A stretch of 64,000 nucleotides of DNA from contig JBAYHK010000001.1 of assembly GCA_041666145.1 (NCBI GenBank), positions 67,810-131,809 on the forward strand. The letters are read 5' to 3'. Positions 1 through 9,698 of this stretch are shown here, piece by piece. The notes beneath the pieces were generated by a model. It saw only the letters and a program-made list of their open reading frames with translations. It ran no database searches and was not told where the DNA came from. The stretch is from Patescibacteria group bacterium (GTDB lineage Bacteria; Patescibacteriota; Patescibacteriia; UBA9934). The position numbers were made by a program, and so were the translations under genes. How positions within the stretch are numbered: position 1 is the stretch's first letter; each line of letters opens with the position of its first letter.

Positions 1-1893
1 AATCGCAGAAAGAAGTGTATCTGAAGCCTTTTGCAAAGCACTTTCCTGGTCAACTTTTGCTTGCGAAGCTTTTCCAACATCATCACCCTTTGCAATTGGC
101 GCCAACACATCGGCGTACGCAATGTAGCCACGAGCAAGGTCGACAGAGTATCGAGGATTATTCGGAGCGAGAAGAACAGCCTCTTGATATGCAGCGATTG
201 AAAATGACGCAGCATCTGCAACAAGCGGCGAGACTTCGCGATAAATATCTCCACGCAATTCCCAGTTTGTTACGTTCGTCGGCCCAAGCTCAGTCGCACG
301 AATCGATGCATTTACCGCAGCACCAATGAGCGATTTGATGAGCTCAGGATTTACATCTGTTTCTTTTGCAAGCGCAGTCACCTTCTGTAACAAGGCACTT
401 CCGAGATTTCTGTAATACACGTCGCTCCACCTGTTCGCCGATGCCGCACCATCAAGAGCAATGATCACGTCATCAATTCGTCCACCTCCAGCGCTCAACG
501 CAACGGCTCGAGCGAAAATAATATCGGCACGATATTTTGAAACCGTCGTAAATGCTACCGTTAAAATAAATACTGACGTCACTACAAAAATAAGTGCAGC
601 AATAAAACTTGCCCGTGGAGAACGATCCAATGAAAATGTCCTACGAGAAAAAACGATCGAACGAAGCGTTAATGCGAAAAGGATCCAGAAAAGAACGGTC
701 AATGTAAAATTCTGCGGATACACAAACCATGCGGCAAAAATAACCAGCCAGCCAATTAACCCTGGCAAATCTTCTGGATGTTGCGTTCGACGATATGCCA
801 AAATCGCAAGAATCGATACGGCACCGAATCCAAGAATAAATGCGATAGTCGCAAGAACACCAAATGTTGGAAGCGTTGTAAGCATTCCAGAAGATGCGCG
901 ATCAAAACGAGTGTCCCAAAATGATGTTGTGTTCAAATCTGCGCTATGAAACTTTGCAAAATCTGCAACATACGTTCCTGGACCAGTGCCAAAAAGCCAA
1001 TGCCCGTCCTGTAATGTTTCCGTTGCAATCTTCCAAGAACTTGATGTGTTCAATGAAACTTCAGAAACAAAAGGATTACTTACTAGGGTTGGAAGAATAG
1101 AAAAAAACAACCCGCTTACCAAAAGAATCATCGGAAGAATGAAACGTGTAGGGCGCGTTAAGAGCACCGGGTGGACCAAAGCGAGCGCGAAAAGCGCAGC
1201 ACTCCCAAAAATGGCAAGCCCCCAAAGCACAACATAATCAACTGCAAGCAATGTCATCAACGCCGTTATCGAAACAATTACGGTGGAGACAATCGCCAAG
1301 GTTCGCTGCAATGGAGAATCATAATTTCCAATCATGACCGCGGCAGAACCAACCAAAGACATTACAATAAGATAAACTGCCAATGCGTTTGGCATGCCAA
1401 CAAGATTCATCGGCAATACGTCAGAAGAAATACCAAAAAATGTTAAAGATGCAATAAAACCTACAAACGCCGCTCCAGCTACTGCAGCAATAGTCATTCG
1501 TCGAACTGTGCGGCTATCGAGCATCTGCGAACCAACATACGCAAGCGCTATTCCAAAAAATATCGTCACAACGCTTGTGTATTCCTGATTTGCCTGACCA
1601 AAAATACTCGTATACGAATCTGGAGAAAACACTGCGGAAAGTACTGCGCATCCAAAAAAGATTACACACGGAATCCATACCTTCCCAAAATTTACCTCAA
1701 CAGTTCGAACGAGCAGCGCTCGGCCAAGCCACGCCAAAATTGCGATAGTCGCAAGAAAATAAAAGAGTGCCTGTTTGTTGATTTCGAGCGGACTGACCGT
1801 CCACGGAAGAACAAGGACGGGTACAAGGAATGCAATCCCCTCAAATGTACGTAAAACAATAGCCCGAAGAAGAGACGGAAAATCAATTCGCAT
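1..1893 (-). CDS. Polytopic membrane protein, O-antigen-ligase/Wzy_C-like with soluble C-terminal domain; partial, runs off the window start
   Basis: Minus-strand frame is open from the ATG at 1893 to position 1 (not in the ORF track because there is no in-window stop). Translation begins MRIDFPSLLRAIVLRTFEGIAFLVPVLVLPWTV and shows more than 10 hydrophobic helices. The plus-strand ORFs here (461..1588) are low-complexity shadows. Confidence 0.6.
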   Translation of the reverse strand, partial: MRIDFPSLLRAIVLRTFEGIAFLVPVLVLPWTVSPLEINKQALFYFLATIAILAWLGRALLVRTVEVNFGKVWIPCVIFFGCAVLSAVFSPDSYTSIFGQANQEYTSVVTIFFGIALAYVGSQMLDSRTVRRMTIAAVAGAAFVGFIASLTFFGISSDVLPMNLVGMPNALAVYLIVMSLVGSAAVMIGNYDSPLQRTLAIVSTVIVSITALMTLLAVDYVVLWGLAIFGSAALFALALVHPVLLTRPTRFILPMILLVSGLFFSILPTLVSNPFVSEVSLNTSSSWKIATETLQDGHWLFGTGPGTYVADFAKFHSADLNTTSFWDTRFDRASSGMLTTLPTFGVLATIAFILGFGAVSILAILAYRRTQHPEDLPGLIGWLVIFAAWFVYPQNFTLTVLFWILFALTLRSIVFSRRTFSLDRSPRASFIAALIFVVTSVFILTVAFTTVSKYRADIIFARAVALSAGGGRIDDVIIALDGAASANRWSDVYYRNLGSALLQKVTALAKETDVNPELIKSLIGAAVNASIRATELGPTNVTNWELRGDIYREVSPLVADAASFSIAAYQEAVLLAPNNPRYSVDLARGYIAYADVLAPIAKGDDVGKASQAKVDQESALQKASDTLLSAI

Positions 1894-1902
1894 ACAGAAA
1901 AA

Positions 1903-4900
1903 TTATAGAGCACCCTCGACAGAAGGAGAAACCGGATCAATATTGCTTGAAGTTTCTGGTGCAACAGGATCGGCAACAATAGGAGCTATAGGAGCTTGCG
2001 ATTCTTCATGAGACAAAATTTCCGACTCGACAACTTCAGAATCGACGACTGGGACAACCGCGTCTTCGCCAATAACACCATCAACAACTCCGTCATCAGC
2101 AACCGCAGGAGACTCTACAGCGTCATCAATCCCGTCCTCTGGCTCGGGAATCGGATTCGCCTCTCCCGATGTATTCGCTCCACCGGTCTCAATAACGGGA
2201 GCAGGAACTATCTCGTCAACTTCATCCTGCAAATCTTGAGACGGCGCAAAATCTCGACGATACGCAATGACTATCCAATCAACATCAACTCCGCTTGATG
2301 CCGTACCAGATTCAACAATATCAAATCCATCGACTGTTCGATTCGTAACATAAAGAGATCCAGTTGCTCCGTATGGTGTTACCAAGGCTCGATATGTTGG
2401 GTTGATGTCGATAATAGATACGAACTTCGGATCGATGTCGGAGAATCGAACAGAAGCACGGCCATGATCGAGTGCGACTGTGCCAGAAAGCTGCACAGTC
2501 ATTTCTCGAGATGCCGCAGCGTACGTCTCAACATTTTCGCCAGATACAGACTGTACTAACTGAATTAAACGCCCAGACGTTACAAGATCGCCGCTCGACT
2601 CAAGTCGCCACGAACCAGAAGATCCAGCCAATGATCCAATTGCAAGAAGTTGACCGCCATTAAAATTCAACACTCCAGACGTATCAAAATTCTCAATATC
2701 TTGAGTAAGCTTAGAAATAGAATTTTCTGCGCCTGGTCCTTCTTCAACTGGTGTACCGGCGTAATATGAAACATTGACGTAAACAACGATCGATCCAGTT
2801 ATGCCAGAGAATGATTCAGCTGCATATCCAAGAATTGGCCCGGCTTCGGTAGCTCTCATTGCAAAGCCTGGCATAGATGCTGTTGTGAGTGGGTCACCAA
2901 TGTGAATCGCGCCATTTTCTGTAGAGACAAATGTTGGCACACGACCGGCCAATGCAATAGGATAACTACCAGCGCGATTTTCTCCAGCAAGGAATCCTGG
3001 CTTTGTAGAAACAATTCCAGCGACTATTTGGCTATACGTCTCACCAGTCGATCGTTTTACATACTGGCCCTCATCACCAAAAACAACGACTTCTCCTGGC
3101 TGGAGTCCATCTCTTGAGGCAAACATTTCAGCGAAGTCATATGAACCCGTTGCCCAGCCAGAAGAATTTGTTCGCATGAAACTTCCACCAATACCAGCTG
3201 AACCATCGTAATAAATATATGCAGAATCCTGGACTGCCCCACGATCTGAAGGATAAAATTTCCCCGCGAGTGACAAATCTCCGGAATGACTAATCGAGGC
3301 GACTTCAATTCCATCATTATTCGTTACAGACAGCCGATAATCATCTGCCGCAGCAACCGTAGTGCGCAATGACATTTCCCGCGTCTCCGCAAATGCCCCG
3401 GTCCATGCAGATCCTCGAAGTTCAAGATTCGCCGAGTTCATGGCAGAAGTCGCGCTCGTTGCTGCCGTTACTGCAGCAATCGCAAGACTTCCAGAAACCT
3501 GAGTCGCGGATCCATTCTTGGTAAAAACATCTCCCGCATACCAATGCGGCTGAACAAGAACACGAATTGTTCCGGAACCGCTCAAAAGCGACTCAAGAGC
3601 AAAACCAATAATGCGTGTTGGGCCATTTGCTTTAGCGCCATATCCCTCAACTGTCGTTGATACTGCAATTGGATCGCCAACAGAAATCGCGCCATGATCT
3701 GTATTCACCTTTGTATCAATCTGCCCAACAAGACCAACCAAGCGATACGCAGGATTATTTCGCAAGTCTTCTGCTCCATCTCCAACAATATTTCCAATAA
3801 ATGCTGGATTTGTAGAAATAACACCAAGAACATTTTGCGCTCCTAAAGAACATCTCTCAACATGACTCGGATTTAACGAATCTGTACAAGCGAGCAATGA
3901 CGCCTGTAGCAATCCATCTGTTGTTGAAAAGTATTCAGCAAAGTCAGCACCAGCACCAGAAAATGCACCATCTGCATACACATCACCAGCACTTGTTATG
4001 CGGAATTCAGTGTCTGACGCAGCCCCGCCACTCGCAATACCAGAACGAAGTATTACCGCGTCATCCGCACTAGGATCTTCAAAAATGTCTATAACCAAAG
4101 CGTTATTGCCAGTATCATCCGCAACATGTGCACTTGTAGTATTTTGAGTAATAATAAGGCCAATTGAACCCGTTCCACCTTTATTACTAATCTTGAGTAC
4201 ATCTCCAGAACCACCGCTCGTATCCAAATTCTCCAATGAAACCAATGTTCCGGAATATTCTGTGGGACCAAGGTCGTCGCCTCGAGTAATGTTTAACGCA
4301 GAGCCAGACGTTAATGAATTCAACGTCCACTCCGATGCATTCTCTGTAGTAACAGCGGAAGTAAAAGAAATCTCAGAAAAGCTGCTTGCACTTCCAAGCG
4401 TTAACATTCCTTCTGCATCTAAAGAGCCAAGAAACATCGCATCTCCTTCGGCATCAACGGTAAATCTATCCACGCTACTCACACTAACACCAAAAAGCAT
4501 TTCATTAGCCACAACTCCAGCGACGTCTGGATTTACAGATAATGAAGCACCAGTTCCCGCCGAAGTCTGCGGCGCACCTGTAATGACTAAATTACCAAAA
4601 CTATTAAATGCAGGAATCATCTTCACCGTAGATCCAATAATAGTAGAATCCATTCCGTCAAGAACATCGGCGTTCATTGCGTATGGCGTAGCAAGCATTT
4701 GCTTGCGCGGCAGCAATGATTCTCCGTTAACCGTTACCTGTAAATAAACGCTTGCGTTCTCTGAAAAAACTTCAGAGCCTATGGCCGCATAGTCCCCGCC
4801 ACCAAGCGCCTCAGAAAATAATCCGGCATTAAGTGTTACGTTTCGGGCAGCAACAGACGCGCAAGTTGCAGAATTATTCGACCATAAACACGTTCCTGCC

Positions 4901-5139
4901 GTTGGGTCAGTATAAAACGCAAACGACATAAGCATCGAGGTATCAGACAAAGGAACGTTATTGCTATTCAATAAACGCCCTTGATACATCACGATGCGCG
5001 GTGGAGCAGCGGGAGTCGCCTGAACACGCGCAATGCCAACATATCCACCCGCCACAAGAACACATGCAAAAATAAAGCTTGCAAAGAGACGCTTTGCAAA
5101 CATTGAAAAGGAAAAAATCTTCACATCCCCCCTGGTCAT
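1903..5139 (-). CDS. Large secreted surface protein (1078 aa): signal peptide, G/S/T/A-rich, two internal ~130 aa repeat modules, acidic C-terminal tail
   Basis: N-terminal signal peptide (FAKRLFASFIFACVLVAGG). Internal repeats GVISTNPAFIG...GAISVGDPI...YAG and GIVSTKPGFLAG...GAIHIGDPL...YAG, each preceded by a D[FY]AE[YM]F motif. Last gene of a 4-gene operon, with ATGA overlap to the upstream gene. Confidence 0.75.
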   Translation of the reverse strand: MTRGDVKIFSFSMFAKRLFASFIFACVLVAGGYVGIARVQATPAAPPRIVMYQGRLLNSNNVPLSDTSMLMSFAFYTDPTAGTCLWSNNSATCASVAARNVTLNAGLFSEALGGGDYAAIGSEVFSENASVYLQVTVNGESLLPRKQMLATPYAMNADVLDGMDSTIIGSTVKMIPAFNSFGNLVITGAPQTSAGTGASLSVNPDVAGVVANEMLFGVSVSSVDRFTVDAEGDAMFLGSLDAEGMLTLGSASSFSEISFTSAVTTENASEWTLNSLTSGSALNITRGDDLGPTEYSGTLVSLENLDTSGGSGDVLKISNKGGTGSIGLIITQNTTSAHVADDTGNNALVIDIFEDPSADDAVILRSGIASGGAASDTEFRITSAGDVYADGAFSGAGADFAEYFSTTDGLLQASLLACTDSLNPSHVERCSLGAQNVLGVISTNPAFIGNIVGDGAEDLRNNPAYRLVGLVGQIDTKVNTDHGAISVGDPIAVSTTVEGYGAKANGPTRIIGFALESLLSGSGTIRVLVQPHWYAGDVFTKNGSATQVSGSLAIAAVTAATSATSAMNSANLELRGSAWTGAFAETREMSLRTTVAAADDYRLSVTNNDGIEVASISHSGDLSLAGKFYPSDRGAVQDSAYIYYDGSAGIGGSFMRTNSSGWATGSYDFAEMFASRDGLQPGEVVVFGDEGQYVKRSTGETYSQIVAGIVSTKPGFLAGENRAGSYPIALAGRVPTFVSTENGAIHIGDPLTTASMPGFAMRATEAGPILGYAAESFSGITGSIVVYVNVSYYAGTPVEEGPGAENSISKLTQDIENFDTSGVLNFNGGQLLAIGSLAGSSGSWRLESSGDLVTSGRLIQLVQSVSGENVETYAAASREMTVQLSGTVALDHGRASVRFSDIDPKFVSIIDINPTYRALVTPYGATGSLYVTNRTVDGFDIVESGTASSGVDVDWIVIAYRRDFAPSQDLQDEVDEIVPAPVIETGGANTSGEANPIPEPEDGIDDAVESPAVADDGVVDGVIGEDAVVPVVDSEVVESEILSHEESQAPIAPIVADPVAPETSSNIDPVSPSVEGAL

Positions 5140-7079
5140 ACGGGCTTTTTCCGCTCAAGCGGAACATCAACTACCATCGGCTCAGGCTCACGCTTCTGTC
5201 GGTAATCAATCGGACGAACAGTCCGCTCTTCATATCCGGCCTTATTCGTAGTCACGAAATATTCGTTTGGACCAACAATGAAACTATACCGACCAAGCGC
5301 ATCAGAAATCGTTGATTCCACAAGTTTATTATACTTTGGTTCAAAGAGTCGAATGATCGCATTGCCCACAGGACGCCTTGTTTTCACATCATAAACAACG
5401 CCCCAACCTCGAGGCTTCTTTGGCCGAGCAAGGCGCCAGAATAAAATGAAAACTATAACCTGAAGAACAACGAGCCCGATGGTGAACAATGAGGGCGACA
5501 AGAAACAGGCAACAATGGAAAGAAACGAACCGGAAAGTGAAAAAACAAACTGTAATCTTCGCAAAAGCCTTCTACGGAAAATGTATTTTGGCTCTTGTAT
5601 TTTCTGATCTTGCGCAACGTCAAGCGGAATGTTCGCTGCAATCGTCGCGTCTCTATCAGTAACTTCAACAATTTGACCCGTATAGACATCAAGAAAAACG
5701 CCGTCATCCTTCACTCCAGTTAAATACGTACTCGGAAAAATAAATCCGTTTCTCGTAACGGCAACCCTATACTGTCCGGGGCTCGCAACGAAAAAATATT
5801 TTCCGTCAACGCCAGTAACCATTGAGTTCAAAAGGCGTCCTGTAGCAATATTGTATAAACGAACGATTGCAAGATCGACAGGAACTTTTGTCACCGCATT
5901 GTAAACAATACCAAAAGCCCTTCGTCTCCTACGAGAAATGAACAGGAATGGCGAAGTGAAAAGAAATTGCAAATACGAAAATAAATTAAACGACGTTGCA
6001 AGAATTGCTATTGTTGCGACCGCGGCAGCAAGCCCCAAGGGAACTGCAACATCTACTACTGCAGTTCTGATATCTAACAAAACACGATCTTCTTGCACTT
6101 CCTCTACAGTTACCGATTCTACTATCGGCGGCAGAGAAAGCTCTGGCTCTTCTGACTCAAAAATAGGCTCCTCTATTGGCAACACCGGAAGAACTTCTGT
6201 TCCCTCCTCTTTAACAACGTCAATAACCTCATTACCGACGTCTTCCAAAAAATCCTGTAAAACATCTGGAACGTAAGCACTGCCTTCAGAATTATCTGAA
6301 GGTGATTCCTCATAAAAGTTATCTGGCGGATAGCCAGGGACTTCCGGAACCACAGGAATCTCTGCTACAGGCTCTTCGTCTATTGGTACCTCTGGTACAA
6401 CAGGAACAACAGGAACCTCGGGCCCCTCATCCGATTCTTCTTCTGGAAATGGAACATATCCGCCGTCTGGGCGGTCTCCTCCACCGCCACCAGGAGACAA
6501 CTGGGTTGGCACAGTCGCACCAACCGTCGGTCCTCCAGTTGATGTTATCTCCAAAATAAGAGAACCATGATTTCCGATCAAACCACTTTCGCCTTCTTTT
6601 AGTTTTATAAAATAGGAATTCACCACTGACGGGTTTGTAATCCGGTTTATTCCGGAACCAAAAGTGTGAGCATTCGTTCCGACTTCAATAGTCACGACGC
6701 TTCCTGTCGCTATAGACCCCCCATCCCCAGCACATATTCCCAAGCTCAGATTCTGACCCGTGACTGTTACGGAAACATTATCAGACGCAAGGCAATCAGA
6801 AGCTGTTGTGAGTTGAATATAGTCATCTGCAATGTCAACGTCATCTTCGGTTATTGCCGCTAAGTCAAACCCCACAGGAAAGGTAAACAAGACGGAAGAT
6901 CCCTCGGGAATGTTCGTGACTGTAGTAAAAACAAATTTATGGTTTGATCCCATCGATGCCTGCATGCTCGTTGGCTGATCTGTAAAGTCTATAACGGTAG
7001 CAGCGAAAAGCTTACACGGAAAAAATGCGATAAAAATCGCAAAGAAGAAAATAACATTTTTAAAAATAATCCTCCGCAT
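5136..7079 (-). CDS. Membrane-anchored surface protein with Pro/Glu-rich linker and two carboxypeptidase-regulatory-like (CarboxypepD_reg / PEGA-like) domains
   Basis: Signal peptide MRRIIFKNVIFFFAIFIAFF. Linker PEVPVVPVVPEVP. Two TM segments, each followed by the pattern G.VY...T..PV..A.V.L.......T..DG.Y.F....G.Y.V...K.G. Confidence 0.7.
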   Translation of the reverse strand: MRRIIFKNVIFFFAIFIAFFPCKLFAATVIDFTDQPTSMQASMGSNHKFVFTTVTNIPEGSSVLFTFPVGFDLAAITEDDVDIADDYIQLTTASDCLASDNVSVTVTGQNLSLGICAGDGGSIATGSVVTIEVGTNAHTFGSGINRITNPSVVNSYFIKLKEGESGLIGNHGSLILEITSTGGPTVGATVPTQLSPGGGGGDRPDGGYVPFPEEESDEGPEVPVVPVVPEVPIDEEPVAEIPVVPEVPGYPPDNFYEESPSDNSEGSAYVPDVLQDFLEDVGNEVIDVVKEEGTEVLPVLPIEEPIFESEEPELSLPPIVESVTVEEVQEDRVLLDIRTAVVDVAVPLGLAAAVATIAILATSFNLFSYLQFLFTSPFLFISRRRRRAFGIVYNAVTKVPVDLAIVRLYNIATGRLLNSMVTGVDGKYFFVASPGQYRVAVTRNGFIFPSTYLTGVKDDGVFLDVYTGQIVEVTDRDATIAANIPLDVAQDQKIQEPKYIFRRRLLRRLQFVFSLSGSFLSIVACFLSPSLFTIGLVVLQVIVFILFWRLARPKKPRGWGVVYDVKTRRPVGNAIIRLFEPKYNKLVESTISDALGRYSFIVGPNEYFVTTNKAGYEERTVRPIDYRQKREPEPMVVDVPLERKKPV

Positions 7080-7083
7080 GAAA

Positions 7084-7899
7084 TTATCGTCGACGAAGTA
7101 CCAAGATCACGCCACCGACCGTACCAGCAAAGAAAACGAGCGGAATCCAACGGATGCCAGCATCAACGTCTGAACATGACGATGATAAAAAATCTGTCTC
7201 AAAGGAAAAATGCATCGGACCAAATGCCCACCACGGCACCGATAGTTCGTCACTCGTCCAAGAACGTGTCTGGCCAGCAAGTACACGACGGTGAAGAGGA
7301 TTGCTTTCTATCGCTGAAAACGCAATGTCGAATGGCCCTTTAAGCACGATTTTACCCTCATCGTACAGTATACCCTGGCCCTCATTTTGCAGCGTAATAT
7401 TAAAAGATCCATTTTGATTTTTAGAAAAGCTTTTACAGATAATCAATGGAGCTGGAGACCCGACCGTGATAAAGACTAAAGTCGCAGTGCCGTGTGCAAA
7501 AGAAATTGCCCCCTCTATTACATTAGTAACAAGGATTGCAAATACATATGACCCAGATTGAACGCTCGAATCAGGGTTCACGATAAACACAAGATCGCTA
7601 AAAGTCTCCGACTCAATATTCGCATTTGACTTCGAAAACGAGATCCACGAAACATCATCAGCGGCCGAACCAAGATTCGGAGATCCGTCTTCCGCAAACG
7701 AAACATGAACAATCGAAAACCTTGCATCAGTAGACTTCAAAATGGTCTTTTCAACAGGTAGCGTAAAGGTCTTCTGATCACCCTGAAAAACACTAACGTC
7801 TATCGCCGAAGGAGCAGGGGAAGCTAACACCAAACCTGGAAAACCCAAAAAAATAAAACACGTCAACACGATAGTTTTAATAAATCGCTCAAAGCGCAT
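7084..7899 (-). CDS. Secreted hypothetical protein with C-terminal TM helix plus RRR anchor
   Basis: ORF-track 7084..7992 trimmed to the internal Met (MRFERFIKTIVLTCFIFLGFPGLVLASPA, a signal peptide), which avoids overlap with the upstream gene. C-terminus ...IPLVFFAGTVGGVILVLRRR. Confidence 0.6.
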   Translation of the reverse strand: MRFERFIKTIVLTCFIFLGFPGLVLASPAPSAIDVSVFQGDQKTFTLPVEKTILKSTDARFSIVHVSFAEDGSPNLGSAADDVSWISFSKSNANIESETFSDLVFIVNPDSSVQSGSYVFAILVTNVIEGAISFAHGTATLVFITVGSPAPLIICKSFSKNQNGSFNITLQNEGQGILYDEGKIVLKGPFDIAFSAIESNPLHRRVLAGQTRSWTSDELSVPWWAFGPMHFSFETDFLSSSCSDVDAGIRWIPLVFFAGTVGGVILVLRRR

Positions 7900-7903
7900 A
7901 TCC

Positions 7904-8833
7904 CTAGTACTCTCCAACAAAAATCGCCGTAAGAACCTGACTATATCTTCCGCCTGCTTGCGACGAAGAAATCCCAACCTTAAGCGTAACAAAACCTGGA
8001 ATTACAAACGGGTGAGCAGATTCGCTAGCAACGAGAAGCGGAGTCGATGAAAAGGCCGTATCCTGAGTGTCGAATGTCGACAATGATAATGAAGGATCCG
8101 AGGAACGCCCTCCATATTCGCTCGACCCCGATGAAACTGATCCATCTGTAACTCCGGGAATAAAATCCGAATCGGAACGAAGGTCTCCGTCGGAAAAAAT
8201 ATAAACAGAATAGCCATCATCTACGTCCGCAGTTGCTGTCCATCCAATCGTGTGAGTGGCGACGCTGGAATTCAATAAAGTACCAAAATTAATGGACGAA
8301 GAAGTCCCCATTCGGTAAACATAGTCGTTTACGCCATCAATAGTAGGGATAGGACCAGCTAATGGAACTGGGATTGTAATCACCGGACTAGAAATCCCAG
8401 AAGCCTGAACCATTGTCGTCACCTGGTCTTCCCCCTCATCCTGAACAACTAAAATATAATCGCCTGCAGAAAACTCTGAGGTTGAAGTAACAGTAATCTC
8501 TCCTCCTCCTACCAGTGGTGTGTACCGAAGAGCGGCGACCTGCGTGCTCCTATCTTGAATATAAGGGATATAGCTAATAACGCGATTGTAAACGCCAGCC
8601 CGAAACCCCTGAGAAATTGAATAACTGTCAGAGGAAGCCGTACTCGATGCCGAATCCGAAATGCTCCCCCGTAAATTATAAGAAGTCGACGAAGAGTCTC
8701 CTCCTCCTGAAGAAATCTCATCCCATTGAATCTGATAATTCGTAGAAGTCATTCCAGCTAAAACAAAGCTAGATCGAAAAGTGCAAAATATTGCAAATAT
8801 AAGCAAAATAAATACTATCTTTTTTCTAAACAT
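7904..8833 (-). CDS. Secreted hypothetical protein (first gene of surface-protein operon)
   Basis: 309 aa ORF with signal peptide MFRKKIVFILLIFAIFCTFRSSFVLAG. Ser/Thr/Gly-rich. No recognisable catalytic motif. Confidence 0.6.
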   Translation of the reverse strand: MFRKKIVFILLIFAIFCTFRSSFVLAGMTSTNYQIQWDEISSGGGDSSSTSYNLRGSISDSASSTASSDSYSISQGFRAGVYNRVISYIPYIQDRSTQVAALRYTPLVGGGEITVTSTSEFSAGDYILVVQDEGEDQVTTMVQASGISSPVITIPVPLAGPIPTIDGVNDYVYRMGTSSSINFGTLLNSSVATHTIGWTATADVDDGYSVYIFSDGDLRSDSDFIPGVTDGSVSSGSSEYGGRSSDPSLSLSTFDTQDTAFSSTPLLVASESAHPFVIPGFVTLKVGISSSQAGGRYSQVLTAIFVGEY

Positions 8834-9018
8834 AATCTTAGCCGTTCTCTATAAACTCCATAATGCGTCATGTGAGAATTGAAAACAACGCAAAAGAACA
8901 CACTCTGTGGATAAAGTATGGATATCCCTGTTTATATTCGGTGTCTATGTTAATAATACATATTTGTCTACACCTTTGTAGACAAACTTATTCGATGAAA
9001 TCGGAGTTTATCAACAAG

Positions 9019-9032
9019 GTTTCACGTGAAAC
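9019..9032. promoter_or_regulatory. parS: parS site 1 (perfect palindrome GTTTCACGTGAAAC; matches ParB-binding consensus tGTTNCACGTGAAACa)
   Basis: Exact 14 bp palindrome, extended gGTTTCACGTGAAACat. Confidence 0.7.
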
Positions 9033-9243
9033 ATCGAAAATATAACTCTCTCTCCGGCCTTGCAGCCGGGGTTTCTCGTGCTAATCGATCGTTCGTTCTC
9101 GCTACTCATCTTGAAGCGAGCTCGAATGGAGACTGCATCCTCGACCTAACGGTACGAGGCTTTACGCTGGACGAATAAAAACTAAACGAGAAATCCAGGA
9201 GCAAAATTGCCCTAAGGCGCCATTTTCACAAATCCTAAAAACT

Positions 9244-9257
9244 GTTTCACGTGAAAC
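9244..9257. promoter_or_regulatory. parS: parS site 2 (TGTTTCACGTGAAACA)
   Basis: Exact 16 bp match to the firmicute-type parS consensus. Confidence 0.7.
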
Positions 9258-9466
9258 ATTAAAATCGGATGACGGCAAATCTCTAGACGGCAAACCAATT
9301 CAAAAATCTCCTTTTAAGGGTTTTCCTCGCAGCTTGCTGCGTTTCCACTCTTAGGCAGAAGAAGCTAATCAATTGAGCCCCGATGCCTCGCCGAAGCTCT
9401 GCGAGGGCACAGCTTGCTGCGAGGAGGTTCATCGATAATTTCCGAACAAATCAATTCAACCCATTT

Positions 9467-9480
9467 TGTTTCACGTGAAA
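9467..9480. promoter_or_regulatory. parS: parS site 3 (core of 22 bp perfect palindrome TTTTGTTTCACGTGAAACAAAA)
   Basis: Exact palindrome lying between an intergenic spacer and the tRNA-Ala 3' end. Confidence 0.7.
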
Positions 9481-9512
9481 CAAAACACCCGCACTTTACA
9501 TGCGGGTGTTTT

Positions 9513-9588
9513 GTGGTGGACCTGAGCGGATTCGAACCGCTGGCCTCTGCAATGCGAATGCAGCGCTCTACCAACTGAGCTACAGGCC
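9513..9588 (-). tRNA. tRNA-Ala (anticodon CGC)
   Basis: Reverse complement reads GGGCCTGTAGCTCAGTTGGTAGAGCGCTGCATTCGCATTGCAGAGGCCAGCGGTTCGAATCCGCTCAGGTCCACCA. G3:U70 Ala identity pair, cloverleaf folds cleanly, CCA encoded. Confidence 0.9.
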
Positions 9589-9684
9589 CAAATTTTGACC
9601 TTAGGCGAGATTTAAATCTCGAACTCCTTTCTTTTTCAGAACCAAATCTGAAAATCAATAGTCTCGAAGCCCATTCCAAGATAT

Positions 9685-9698
9685 GTTTCACGTGAAAC
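9685..9698. promoter_or_regulatory. parS: parS site 4 (core of 22 bp perfect palindrome ATATGTTTCACGTGAAACATAT)
   Basis: Exact palindrome between tRNA-Ala and tRNA-Arg. Confidence 0.7.

Noticed and set aside
461-1588. Four plus-strand ORFs (162, 83, 91 and 64 aa) in the first 1.6 kb
   Set aside because: Low-complexity translations with no start context. They lie antisense to a continuous minus-strand membrane-protein frame that is open from 1893 to the window edge.
9019-9698. Regularly spaced repeats considered as a CRISPR array
   Set aside because: Spacing of about 220 bp is far too long. The repeat is a 14-22 bp perfect palindrome matching parS. tRNA genes occupy the 'spacers'. No cas genes.
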